Source: a bacterium | GTDB lineage: Bacteria > Hydrothermota > Tepidihabitantia > Tepidihabitantales > Tepidihabitantaceae | NCBI GenBank assembly: GCA_046485285.1 | Contig: JAWOHE010000030.1 | Coordinates: forward strand, 1 to 29,466 | DNA: 29,466 nucleotides | Reading direction: 5' to 3' | In this document: piece after piece, positions 7,872 through 16,279 of the stretch | Layout: every line of letters begins with the position of its first letter | Position numbering within the stretch: the stretch's first letter is position 1 | Notes under the pieces: model-generated | Database searches by the model: none | What the model was told of the DNA's origin: nothing | Seen by the model: the letters and a program-made list of their open reading frames with translations, nothing else | Program-made: the position numbers and the translations under genes

Positions 7872-9671
7872 CTACTCGTCGATGATCAGCAGTTCGACGC
7901 GCCGGTTGCGGGCGCGGCTGGCCTCGCTGTCGTTGTCGGACACCGGCTGGGCGTCCGCGTAACCACGCAGTATCAGCCGTTCGTCGGCGACGCCGCGTTC
8001 GGCGAGGTAGCGGCGTACCGATTCCGCGCGGGCGCGCGCGAGGTCCATCCGGGACTCGAGAGGCGCAGGCGGATCCTCGCGGTCGTCGGTATGTCCGGCG
8101 ACCTCGAGGACGAGCCCGGGACGCGAGGCAAGGAGCGCGACGAAGCGGTCGAGCACCGAAGCGGCGCCGGCCGGGAGATCAGCACTGCCGGCCGCGAAGC
8201 CGAGTTGCGCCGGGTCGACCGGTTCACTGGCCGGCGCAACCGCCGGCGCGGGTGCCGCACGCAACGCGGGCCCGGACGACGCGAGCCGCGCAAGCCCCAC
8301 CGGCCACTCGGCGACCGCGCCCGGCAGGACGTCGAGCGTGCAGCCGGCCGGCTGGTAGCCCGGGCCGCTCGCCTGCAGGACGTAGCGCCCGACCGGCAGG
8401 TCGCGGATTACCACGCTGCCCGGGTTGGCCGGGACTTCCTGCTCGCCGTAGACCGGCCCGGAGTAGCTGACCGTGCCGCCGGCCGGCTGCCGGGTCTGCG
8501 CGTCGTCGAGCGCGACCCGGATGCTACCGTAGTCGAGCGGCTTGAGCTCGAGCGTCGCGAACTGCGGCCGGTCGCCGAGGATGTGCATCGTGTCGACGCG
8601 CGTGACGTAGCCGGGGAAGCTGGTCCGGATGACGAGCCGACCCGGCACGAGGCCGGTGAGTTCGTAGCGACCGAGCCGGTCGGTGGTAACGGAGCCGGAG
8701 CAGGCGCCGTCGAGGGCGAGGTTGGCGCTCAGGGGCCGGAGTTCGGCGCCGGTGACGGTCGTGATGAGCAACTGGCCGGAGCCGCGCCGCCGGAGATTGA
8801 GATCGAGACCGATGCGGTGGACGAGGCCGAGCGCGCCGAACGGCGAGAGCGCATAGTCGAGCCTGATCGGGCCCGCAGCCAGTCCGAGGCCGCCGGAGAT
8901 TCCGGCAAGCCAGCCGAGCCCGGCCAGGTCGACCGGGCCGGTGCGGTAGCCGAGGCGAAGCGCCAGGACGTCGGCGGGGAGAAGCTCGATGCCGGTGCGG
9001 AGGACGGTCGCGCGGCCCGGGAGGACCGCAACGTCGGCGCTGAGGCTGTAGCGTCGGGCGGTCCAGGCCGCGCCGAGCGTCGCCTCGGCCGGGAGGTCAC
9101 GCCAGGCCGAGCCGTGGCCGGCGAGGCCGAGGTTGCGCCCGGCCAAGCCGATGTCAAGGCCGTCGAGGACGCGCCAGCCGAACCCGACGTCGAGCGCGCC
9201 GCCGTACCCGACGACGGTGTGGAGGCTATTGTAGAGTCCCTTGACATTTGCGCCCAGCGTCAGGCGTCCGGCGATTGTGCCACCATAGCCGAGCGTGACA
9301 AGCGAGGTCCAGGTGCCGAAGGTGTCGAGGGGCAGGTTGTTGCGGCTCCAGTACTCGATTCCCGGCTCGCTGCTGTAGGTCAGGCCGAGGCCGAACGCGC
9401 CGGCCTCGCCGGGGAACGTGACCTGGATGATTTCGTCGCGGATGTCGGCGAACCACTCGTGGTGGGAGAACGCGACGTGGTAGAGCCTGACGCGGCCGAG
9501 CCCGGCCGGGTTCCAGTGGAGGGCGCTGGCGTCGGCGGCACGGGCGACGTAGCTCTCGCCGAGGGCGCAGGCCCGGGCGCCCTGCCCGACCTGGAGCAGG
9601 GGGACGGTTGCGGTTCCCGGCCCACCGAAGTCGAAGAGCGCGAGCAGCGAGGCGACGATGATGGCGGTCAT
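7872..9671 (-). CDS. PorV/UPF0164-family outer-membrane beta-barrel fused to carboxypeptidase-regulatory-like domains and a C-terminal OmpA-like domain
   Basis: PorV-family N-terminal motif GARACALGESYVA...ASALHWNPAGL, then amphipathic strands ending 'LDYAL..FGALG.VHRIGL'. Two beta-sandwich repeats ('TTDRLGRYELTGLVPGRL', 'IRDLPVGRYVLQASGPGY'). OmpA motifs GHTD, RAESV and NRRVE. Confidence 0.8.
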   Translation of the reverse strand: MTAIIVASLLALFDFGGPGTATVPLLQVGQGARACALGESYVARAADASALHWNPAGLGRVRLYHVAFSHHEWFADIRDEIIQVTFPGEAGAFGLGLTYSSEPGIEYWSRNNLPLDTFGTWTSLVTLGYGGTIAGRLTLGANVKGLYNSLHTVVGYGGALDVGFGWRVLDGLDIGLAGRNLGLAGHGSAWRDLPAEATLGAAWTARRYSLSADVAVLPGRATVLRTGIELLPADVLALRLGYRTGPVDLAGLGWLAGISGGLGLAAGPIRLDYALSPFGALGLVHRIGLDLNLRRRGSGQLLITTVTGAELRPLSANLALDGACSGSVTTDRLGRYELTGLVPGRLVIRTSFPGYVTRVDTMHILGDRPQFATLELKPLDYGSIRVALDDAQTRQPAGGTVSYSGPVYGEQEVPANPGSVVIRDLPVGRYVLQASGPGYQPAGCTLDVLPGAVAEWPVGLARLASSGPALRAAPAPAVAPASEPVDPAQLGFAAGSADLPAGAASVLDRFVALLASRPGLVLEVAGHTDDREDPPAPLESRMDLARARAESVRRYLAERGVADERLILRGYADAQPVSDNDSEASRARNRRVELLIIDE

Positions 9672-10714
9672 TCGGTCCCCCGGTTCAGGACGAGGTGCTT
9701 GCGGATGCGGTCGGTGTGGTCGCCCCGGGTGACTTCGAGCAGGTACTGGTAGGTGGCCGGGGCGACGAGCCGGCCCTGGGTGTTCGTGCCGTTCCAGGGC
9801 AGCTCGAACACCGTTGGCCCGGTCCTGAACTCGCGGTCGATGAGCCGGCGGATGAGCGTCCCGGTGCGGTCGTAGACGGCGAGGGAGACAGTGGCATCCC
9901 CGGAAAGGCCGATGATGAATGTCGTCGAGGTGGCGAACGGGTTCGGGTAGTTGTGGACCTGGAGGCCGGGGTCGAGGGTCAGCGTCAGGAGGGCGCTGTC
10001 CCGCGCGCCGCTGTCGCCGACGGCGACAGCGCGGACCGCCAGCCGGCGGACCGCGACGAGGCCGGTGTCGGCGAGGGCGGCCGGGACGGTGACGCGCAGG
10101 TTGAAGGCGCGCCGCCGGTCGGGAGCGATGTAGCCGAGGCGGACGCGGTCGGTGCCGGCTAGGGGCGCGGCATCGGTCGAGTCGTAGTAGCGCGCCTGCC
10201 AGCCCGGCGGCGCCGCGACCGGCAGGAGGTAGATCGTGTCGCCCGTGTCGCCGCGCATGTCGACGTGGAAGCGGTAGCTCCGGGTCGCGCCGGCCGTGAT
10301 GCGGTCGGACTGGTCGGGCTCGACGAAGAAGGTCGGCGGGTGCGTGACGCGGATCGTGACGACCCGGCGGTCGTTGGACGGGTTCTCGTCACCGTCGAGC
10401 TGGGTCGAGCAGCTGACGGCGAAGTCGCCGGCGGCCGCCGGCCAGGGTTCGAAGCGCACCTCGAGCCCGACTCCCGGCGCGAGCGAGGGGATGACGAGCG
10501 TGCGGTCGTAGACCGGGTCGATGCTCAGACGGACGTTGACATTGCGCAGGGCCTCGGTCCCGTGGTTGCGGATGAACGCCCGGGGCGTCAAGGTGTCGCC
10601 GACGGTCAGGACGTACGGGGGCCCGGGCTCGAGCAGTGCGTCGACCGCGACGTCGCGGGCGAGGCTGTCCGGAGTCGGGGCGAGGCCGAAAGCGAGCAGG
10701 GTCAGCAGGATCAT
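9668..10714 (-). CDS. Secreted protein with CARDB/Ig-like domains and a FlgD-type T9SS C-terminal sorting domain
   Basis: Signal peptide; CARDB-like 'IRNHG...DENPSND'; second Ig domain '...PPGW'. CTD reads 'HNYPNPF...VSLAVYDRTGTLIRRL...WNGTNTQGRLVAPATY'. Confidence 0.8.
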   Translation of the reverse strand: MILLTLLAFGLAPTPDSLARDVAVDALLEPGPPYVLTVGDTLTPRAFIRNHGTEALRNVNVRLSIDPVYDRTLVIPSLAPGVGLEVRFEPWPAAAGDFAVSCSTQLDGDENPSNDRRVVTIRVTHPPTFFVEPDQSDRITAGATRSYRFHVDMRGDTGDTIYLLPVAAPPGWQARYYDSTDAAPLAGTDRVRLGYIAPDRRRAFNLRVTVPAALADTGLVAVRRLAVRAVAVGDSGARDSALLTLTLDPGLQVHNYPNPFATSTTFIIGLSGDATVSLAVYDRTGTLIRRLIDREFRTGPTVFELPWNGTNTQGRLVAPATYQYLLEVTRGDHTDRIRKHLVLNRGTE

Positions 10715-12963
10715 GCCGCGCGCTCCTTTCTCGGCCGGCCGGGCCGCGACCGGGTCCTCGCGACGTGCAGTGTCGCGACAGCGAGGAGCAGGACGAGCGC
10801 AGCTAGGCTCAGGCCGGCGCCGAGTTCATACCAGCGGGACTTGTAGCGGAAGGTGACGGCGCGCTCGCCGGACTCGAGCGCGACCGCCCGAAGGGTGTGG
10901 AAGGCGCGAAGCAGCCGCGCCGGCCGGCCGTCAACCAGGACCTGCCAGTCCGGGTGGTAGTTCTCGCTCAGGACGAGCAGGGCCGGCCGGTTGAGCCGGG
11001 CGCGGACCTCGACACGGTTCGCATCGAAGGACAGGATTTCCGCCGAGCCCGCCGGCGTGCTGTCGCCGGCCAGGATGCCCGGGTCGTCGTAGAGCAGCGC
11101 GGTGCCGACCGGGTCGAACCCGGGTGACGCGAGCCGCGCCAGGAGTTCGTCCCGGGTGGCGACAACTGCGTGGCTGGCGGCGATGAAGGCACGCGGCAGG
11201 CAGTCGTTATTGCGATACACCGCGTACTGGCGACCGAAGGCCGCGGGCTCGAGCCCAGGGCCGGAGAGGAACGCGCGGAGCTGGCGGATTGCCTGCTGGC
11301 TGCGCTCGTCGTAGCGGGAGTCGTCATCGGGCAGGCGGGGCGCGACGACGTACCTGACATTGAGCAGGTTGAGGAAGCCCGGGAGTGTCAGATTGCCGGC
11401 CTGGAACATCACGCTCGAACCCGCGCCGATGAAGTCCTGGTAGCTCTGGAGCGGGTTGGGCATCTGGCCGCCGGCGCTCTGGATGCCGTGCAGCATCAGG
11501 ACGCCGGCGTCGGAGTTCTCGTAGTTCAGCGGCAGGACCCGGTGCAGCGAGCTATCGGCGCGCAGGAGCCCGACCACCTCGTCGGGCGCGTAGTACTCGG
11601 CCGGCGGGGGGACGCCGCGGATGTAGCCGCGCTCCTCGTCCCAGAGCCGCAGTGACAGCCCGATGTCGATCGTCATGATGGCGGCAATGACCGCCGCGAC
11701 GGAGAGGGCCGAGCCAGCCCGGAACCCCCGGCGTTTTCCGAGCCAGGCAAACGCGCGGTCGAAGCCAAAGCCAGCCAGCACCGCGATCGAGAACGAGACG
11801 GTGAAGAAGATCATCGCCGGCCCGCGGAACTTGCCGATCCCGGGGAGCAGGGCGTAGGGCAGACGATAGAACGGGGTGTTGCCGCCGAGAGCCATGAAGA
11901 TGCCGATTACCGCTGCGGCGAGGAAGAACAGCGTATTGCCCCGGCGCCAGCCGCGGACGACCGCGAGTAAGGCAAACACGAGCGGCAGCAGGCCGAGGTA
12001 CTCGCTGTGGAGCTTGAATGGGTTGGAGCCGCGGTACTCGGCGAGGATGCCCGAGGAGCGCGGCGACAGGAGGTCGAGTAGCTCGCGCACCGGCATTGAC
12101 CAGGAGGTCGCGTACGTCCAGCCACGCTCGCTGCCGCGGGCGGCGTAGGGCAGGTTGCCGTAGATCGGCAGGTACTGGACGGCCGAAAGCGCTACGCCGA
12201 GCGCCACGCCGAGGACGAAGAAGCCGCAGAGCTTCAGGGCCATCCCGGCGGAAGGCTCGCGGCTCAGCGTCGCGACGAGCCGGTAGAGGAAGTAGGCGGT
12301 CAGGATCAGGCCGGTGTAGTAGACCTTCTGGACGTGGCCGGAAAGGAGCTGGAGGGCTAGGACGAGTCCCATCAGCAGGAACCAGAGGAGCTGGCGGCGC
12401 GTCATCGCGCGGTGCAGGAAGAACATCGCGAGCGGCAGCAGCGCTGAGCCGATGAGCCGGCCGTCGTGACCGGCGTAGGTCAGGGTCAGCAGGCTGCCGG
12501 CGAACATATACGCGACGCCGCCCAGCGCGGCGGGCAGGGTCGCGACCTTGAGCTCGCGCAGGAACAGGAAGGTGCCGATGCCGGCGACCACGACGTGGGC
12601 GTAGAATGTCCAGGCCCAAACGACGTGCACCGGCGCGATGAGCCGGAAGAGTTGGGTCGGGTAGAATAGGTCGCCGAAGAAGGCCGCGACCGTCGGTTGG
12701 CCGCTCAGGATGGCGGGCATCCAGAACGCGATGCTGCCGTGCGACTTGATGTACTCGGTCATGAACAGCCGCATCGCGTAGCCGCCGGCGCCGAGCCAGT
12801 CGGTGCCAAAGAGCATTCGGTCGCCGAACAGGTACTTGAAGTAGAACACGAGCGGCAGGACGACCAGCGCCGCCGTCGCGACGCGGGCAAGGAGCCGTTC
12901 CGATGTCGGCCGTCCGGGCGCGCCCGGCGGCGGGGCGGCGGAGCCGCGTCTGCGTCTGGTCAC
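10711..12963 (-). CDS. YfhO-family multi-pass membrane protein (GT-C-fold glycosyltransferase)
   Basis: Many TM helices; 'W.P.ILSGQP......FYP' loop, 'YLGLL' and 'LPRAF' motifs. C-terminal 'LVLSENYHPDWQVLVDG...LRAV.L..G...V.FRY' is the YfhO signature. Confidence 0.85.
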   Translation of the reverse strand: MTRRRRGSAAPPPGAPGRPTSERLLARVATAALVVLPLVFYFKYLFGDRMLFGTDWLGAGGYAMRLFMTEYIKSHGSIAFWMPAILSGQPTVAAFFGDLFYPTQLFRLIAPVHVVWAWTFYAHVVVAGIGTFLFLRELKVATLPAALGGVAYMFAGSLLTLTYAGHDGRLIGSALLPLAMFFLHRAMTRRQLLWFLLMGLVLALQLLSGHVQKVYYTGLILTAYFLYRLVATLSREPSAGMALKLCGFFVLGVALGVALSAVQYLPIYGNLPYAARGSERGWTYATSWSMPVRELLDLLSPRSSGILAEYRGSNPFKLHSEYLGLLPLVFALLAVVRGWRRGNTLFFLAAAVIGIFMALGGNTPFYRLPYALLPGIGKFRGPAMIFFTVSFSIAVLAGFGFDRAFAWLGKRRGFRAGSALSVAAVIAAIMTIDIGLSLRLWDEERGYIRGVPPPAEYYAPDEVVGLLRADSSLHRVLPLNYENSDAGVLMLHGIQSAGGQMPNPLQSYQDFIGAGSSVMFQAGNLTLPGFLNLLNVRYVVAPRLPDDDSRYDERSQQAIRQLRAFLSGPGLEPAAFGRQYAVYRNNDCLPRAFIAASHAVVATRDELLARLASPGFDPVGTALLYDDPGILAGDSTPAGSAEILSFDANRVEVRARLNRPALLVLSENYHPDWQVLVDGRPARLLRAFHTLRAVALESGERAVTFRYKSRWYELGAGLSLAALVLLLAVATLHVARTRSRPGRPRKERAA

Positions 12964-13907
12964 TTCTCCTCCTGTCTCCTCCTGCGCACGAACGGCGCCA
13001 TCGCTGCTGCGGCCAAGACCTCGGCGAGGGTTATCCAGACCCGGCCCAGCAGTGCCGCGATGATCGCTATCGGCTCCGGCATCACGAATCGCAGCGCGAA
13101 GGTCAGGATACCCTCACGCACGCCCAGCCCCGCCGGCGTGACCAGGCTCACGAAGCCCAGTATCCAAGCCAAGGCGTACCCTCCAACTATCACCGGCAAC
13201 CGGGCCGGAGTCAAGCGGTAGAACGAATTGACCAGCAGGTAGAAGCCGATGCCCTGCGCGAGCCACATCAGGATGTAGAGCCCGACGATGGCGAGGGTCT
13301 CCCCGAGAGCGAGGCTGATCTCGACCCGGGGCTGTTTGAGGCGGGCCAGCAGCCAGTTGATGAGTCGCGACAGCACCGGCGGCCAGATCGCAACCAAGCA
13401 GGGCGGAACCAGGACGAAGGCGAGCCAGGCCCGGCCCGGGACCTGCCCGGGCGGCATCAGCAGCAGCGACACGCCGAACAGCAGGATCGCGGACAAGAGC
13501 GCGAAGCCGGTTTCCATCACCGCGCTGACCGCGGTCGCGGCCTCGGGCACGCCGCGTCGCCGGGCTAAGTATATGCGGCCCAACGCGAACCAGACCTTGC
13601 CCGGTACGTACTTGCCCATCTGCGAAACGCAGAGGATCGCGACCGAGTCGAGCAGGGACAGGCGCGCGCCCAGCGAGCGGAGCAGGAAGCGCCAGTTGAC
13701 GCCGAACAGCGGCAGGTAGACGAAGAACACGACCGCGAAGGCGGCGGCGAGGAAGAGGTAGTTGAAACGAATGTCGGCCCACGGCACCCGGCCCCAGTCG
13801 CGGACCAGCCGGCCGGCCAGGAAGTACAGCGCGGCGGCTACCACGACGAGGCCGACGGCGGTCCTGAGCCAGGCGGCGAGCGGTCGCCTTCCAGACCCGG
13901 TGAGCAT
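12960..13907 (-). CDS. Lysylphosphatidylglycerol synthase TM domain / UPF0104 flippase-like membrane protein
   Basis: Motifs SQMGKYVPGKVW and TPAGLGVREG, with about 8 TM segments. The likely ATG at 13907 overlaps the GT4 stop (TGATG). Confidence 0.85.
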   Translation of the reverse strand: MLTGSGRRPLAAWLRTAVGLVVVAAALYFLAGRLVRDWGRVPWADIRFNYLFLAAAFAVVFFVYLPLFGVNWRFLLRSLGARLSLLDSVAILCVSQMGKYVPGKVWFALGRIYLARRRGVPEAATAVSAVMETGFALLSAILLFGVSLLLMPPGQVPGRAWLAFVLVPPCLVAIWPPVLSRLINWLLARLKQPRVEISLALGETLAIVGLYILMWLAQGIGFYLLVNSFYRLTPARLPVIVGGYALAWILGFVSLVTPAGLGVREGILTFALRFVMPEPIAIIAALLGRVWITLAEVLAAAAMAPFVRRRRQEEK

Positions 13908-15025
13908 CAGGCCCGGCGCCGATTCCGACGGCTGTCGATGAGTCTCCGGTAGATGTCGAGATGGTGGTCGGCGAGACGCGCTGAGCTCCACTTCCGCTCG
14001 ACGCGGCTGCGGGCGGCGCGGCCCATCGCGGCGCGGTCGCGGCCGAGTAGCACCCCGACCCGGGCGGCGATGTCCGCGGCATTACCGGCCTCGAAGAGCA
14101 CGCCGACCTCGTCGTCGACTATCTCGGGCAGGCCGCCGACCCGCGATGCGGCGATGACCCGCTCGCAGGCCATTGACTCGAGCGCGGCAATCGAGGTCGC
14201 TTCCATCAGCGATGGAATCAGGACGATGTCGGCGGATGAGAGAATGCCCGGCATCCGTTCATGGGGGACCGCGCCGAGGAAGGTCACGTCGCGCTCGACC
14301 CCGAGCTCGCGGGCGTGCGCCTCTAGGTCCGCCCGGAGCGGCCCGGGGCCGGCCATATACATGTGAACAGGCGTGTCCCTGAGAATCAGGGGCAGGGCCT
14401 CGATCGCGGAGCGGACCCCGTTCTTCTCGACAAGTCGGCGCGGGCAGACGATGACCGTCCTGCCGGGGTTGGCGAGCGCGGGTTCGACCCGGCGGAAGCG
14501 ACGGGTGTTTACCGAGTTGACGTACTGTTCGACCTGGCGGCCGGGCACGGCGGTGCGGACTGCCGCCGCGAGTTCCTCGCTCGGAGCCAGGATGTGGTCG
14601 GCCGGGCCGAGCAGGTACCGGAAGCCCGGCCGTAGAAACCGCTTCGGGGCCAGGCGCAGGAAGTGCGAGGAATGAACAGTGACGAGATTCGGTATGCCCT
14701 GGCGCGCCGCGGCGCGGCGGGTAGCGAGGGCGCAGGGAAAGCCCTGGCCGTGGACGATATCGGCGCCCTCGGAAACGCGGTCGAAGGCCGGGAGCGAGGC
14801 GAGCACGTAGCGCGTCCAGCCCAGCGGGGTCCGGCCGAACCACGCGGTCCGGGTGACGTCGACGCCGTCGATTATCTCGTGCCCGGCGAGCCCGGGCAGG
14901 GAGCGGCCGCAGACGATGCGGATCTCGTGTCCCCGGAGCGTGAATTCCTCGGCGAGATCCTTGATGTGGCTTTCCATCCCGCCCACCTCGGGGTGGTAGT
15001 AGATGGCGTGGAAGGCTATTCTCAA
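13907..15025 (-). CDS. Glycosyltransferase family 4
   Basis: N-terminal YHPEVGGME; DIVH; RLVEKNG; E-X7-E motif 'EATSIAALE'; ASRVGGLPEIV. Confidence 0.92.
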   Translation of the reverse strand: MRIAFHAIYYHPEVGGMESHIKDLAEEFTLRGHEIRIVCGRSLPGLAGHEIIDGVDVTRTAWFGRTPLGWTRYVLASLPAFDRVSEGADIVHGQGFPCALATRRAAARQGIPNLVTVHSSHFLRLAPKRFLRPGFRYLLGPADHILAPSEELAAAVRTAVPGRQVEQYVNSVNTRRFRRVEPALANPGRTVIVCPRRLVEKNGVRSAIEALPLILRDTPVHMYMAGPGPLRADLEAHARELGVERDVTFLGAVPHERMPGILSSADIVLIPSLMEATSIAALESMACERVIAASRVGGLPEIVDDEVGVLFEAGNAADIAARVGVLLGRDRAAMGRAARSRVERKWSSARLADHHLDIYRRLIDSRRNRRRA

Positions 15026-15101
15026 GGCCGGATGCGGTTTGGCCGGCGGTCGCGCGGGGCGCGGGACGCCGGCCGGGATTGCACGGGACGGCCTGTCCGG
15101 G

Positions 15102-15359
15102 CTACTTCAGCTCGGCAACCTGTCGGGCGAGGCGGGACTTCAGCCGGCGGGCGGTGTTTGCGTGGATGATGTTCCTGCGGGCCTCGCGGTCGATGATGCC
15201 CTGGACCTCGGGCAGCAGCTTCGCGGCCTCCTCGCGGCTCGTGGTCGACTCGAGCTGCTTGACCTTATCCTTGAGCGTCCTGCGGCTCCGCCGGTTGACC
15301 AGCCGCTGGCGCTCGCTCTGCCGCTCGCGCTTCAGTACGGACAGCGACGTCTTTGCCAA
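15102..15359 (-). CDS. rpsT: 30S ribosomal protein S20
   Basis: MAKTSLSVLKRERQSERQRLVN...IID......IIHANTARRLKSRL matches the S20 pattern. TTG start at 15359 with SD GGAGG. Confidence 0.92.
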   Translation of the reverse strand: MAKTSLSVLKRERQSERQRLVNRRSRRTLKDKVKQLESTTSREEAAKLLPEVQGIIDREARRNIIHANTARRLKSRLARQVAELK

Positions 15360-15396
15360 ATGAACCTCCGAAATAGAGCGGTCGATAGCCAAAAGG

Positions 15397-15469
15397 TGCC
15401 GGGACACAGAATCGAACTGTGGACACCGGGATTTTCAGTCCCGTGCTCTACCAACTGAGCTATCCCGGC
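15397..15469 (-). tRNA. tRNA-Phe (GAA)
   Basis: GCCGGGA-TA-GCTC-AGTTGGTA-GAGC-A-CGGGA-CTGAAAA-TCCCG-GTGTC-CACAG-TTCGATT-CTGTG-TCCCGGC-A folds as a cloverleaf. It is followed by CCT rather than CCA. Confidence 0.97.
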
Positions 15470-15478
15470 AAGCAGAGA

Positions 15479-15506
15479 ATTGTAGGGCGATTCCCCGGTA
15501 TGTCAA
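15479..15506 (-). promoter_or_regulatory. Sigma70 promoter for tRNA-Phe/rpsT
   Basis: Minus strand TTGACA (15506-15501), 16-nt spacer, TACAAT (15484-15479). Confidence 0.8.
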
Positions 15507-15523
15507 ACAGTGCGGCCGCTTCC

Positions 15524-15552
15524 TTGACATCACCGGGTTAATGTCCTAGAAT
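15524..15552 (+). promoter_or_regulatory. Divergent sigma70 promoter for the pdxJ-secDF operon
   Basis: TTGACA (15524-15529), 17-nt spacer, TAGAAT (15547-15552). GTG start is 10 nt downstream with no SD. Confidence 0.8.
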
Positions 15553-15562
15553 CCGCCCCACA

Positions 15563-16279
15563 GTGCGAGCCCTTTCCGTCAACATCGACCACGTTGCGAC
15601 GCTGCGCCAGGCGCGCCGGGCGAGTTTCCCGGACCCGGTGCAGGCCGCGGCGCTGGTCGAACTGGGCGGGGCGGACGGAATCACGGTCCACTTGCGCAAG
15701 GACCGCCGGCACGTGACGGACCGGGACGTAGAGCTGCTCCGGCGGACGGTTCAGACCGAGCTGACTCTGGAGATGGTCGCGACCGCGGACCTGGTCCGGT
15801 TTGCCTCGCGTGTCCGGCCAGACCAGGTCACGCTGGTGCCGGAGCTGGCGACCGAAGTGACGACCACCCGGGGACTTGAGCTGGCCGGCCGGGCGGTCGG
15901 ACTCAGGACCGCGATCGACCGGCTACGACGGCGCGGCATCAGGCTGAGCGTCTTCATCGAGCCGGACGCGAGGCAGGTGAAGGCGGCGGCTGCGCTTGGC
16001 GCGGATGTCGTCGAGCTCAATACCGACCGGTACTCGCGGGCCGAGGAGAACCGTGCCCGGTTGCTGTCGGAGCTGGCAGGAGCGGCGCGGGTTGCCCGGG
16101 AGGAGGGGCTCGTGGTGCATGTCGGGCACGGGCTCGACTACCGCAATGTCGTCCCGATACTGGAGATGGACATCGCCGAAGGTTACAGCATCGGATTTGC
16201 GATCGTCGCCCGCAGCGTGATGGCCGGCCTGCGCGACGCGGTTGGGGAGATGAAGCGGATCCTGGAGGTTTACTCTTGA
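15563..16279 (+). CDS. pdxJ: Pyridoxine 5'-phosphate synthase
   Basis: Motifs VNIDHVATLRQAR, GADGITVHLR.DRRH, LEM, TLVPE and GHGL. Confidence 0.92.
   Translation: MRALSVNIDHVATLRQARRASFPDPVQAAALVELGGADGITVHLRKDRRHVTDRDVELLRRTVQTELTLEMVATADLVRFASRVRPDQVTLVPELATEVTTTRGLELAGRAVGLRTAIDRLRRRGIRLSVFIEPDARQVKAAAALGADVVELNTDRYSRAEENRARLLSELAGAARVAREEGLVVHVGHGLDYRNVVPILEMDIAEGYSIGFAIVARSVMAGLRDAVGEMKRILEVYS

Noticed and set aside
7647-9752. 701-aa plus-strand ORF beginning with FLATFLAGFL repeats
   Set aside because: It is the antisense shadow of the Lys-rich micro-gene and the PorV-OmpA gene. The Phe/Leu repeats are the reverse complement of AAG codons, and there is no SD or family motif.
15397-15469. 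tRNA as an integration site for an island
   Set aside because: No integrase, no duplicated tRNA 3' end was noticed, and the flanking genes are housekeeping.
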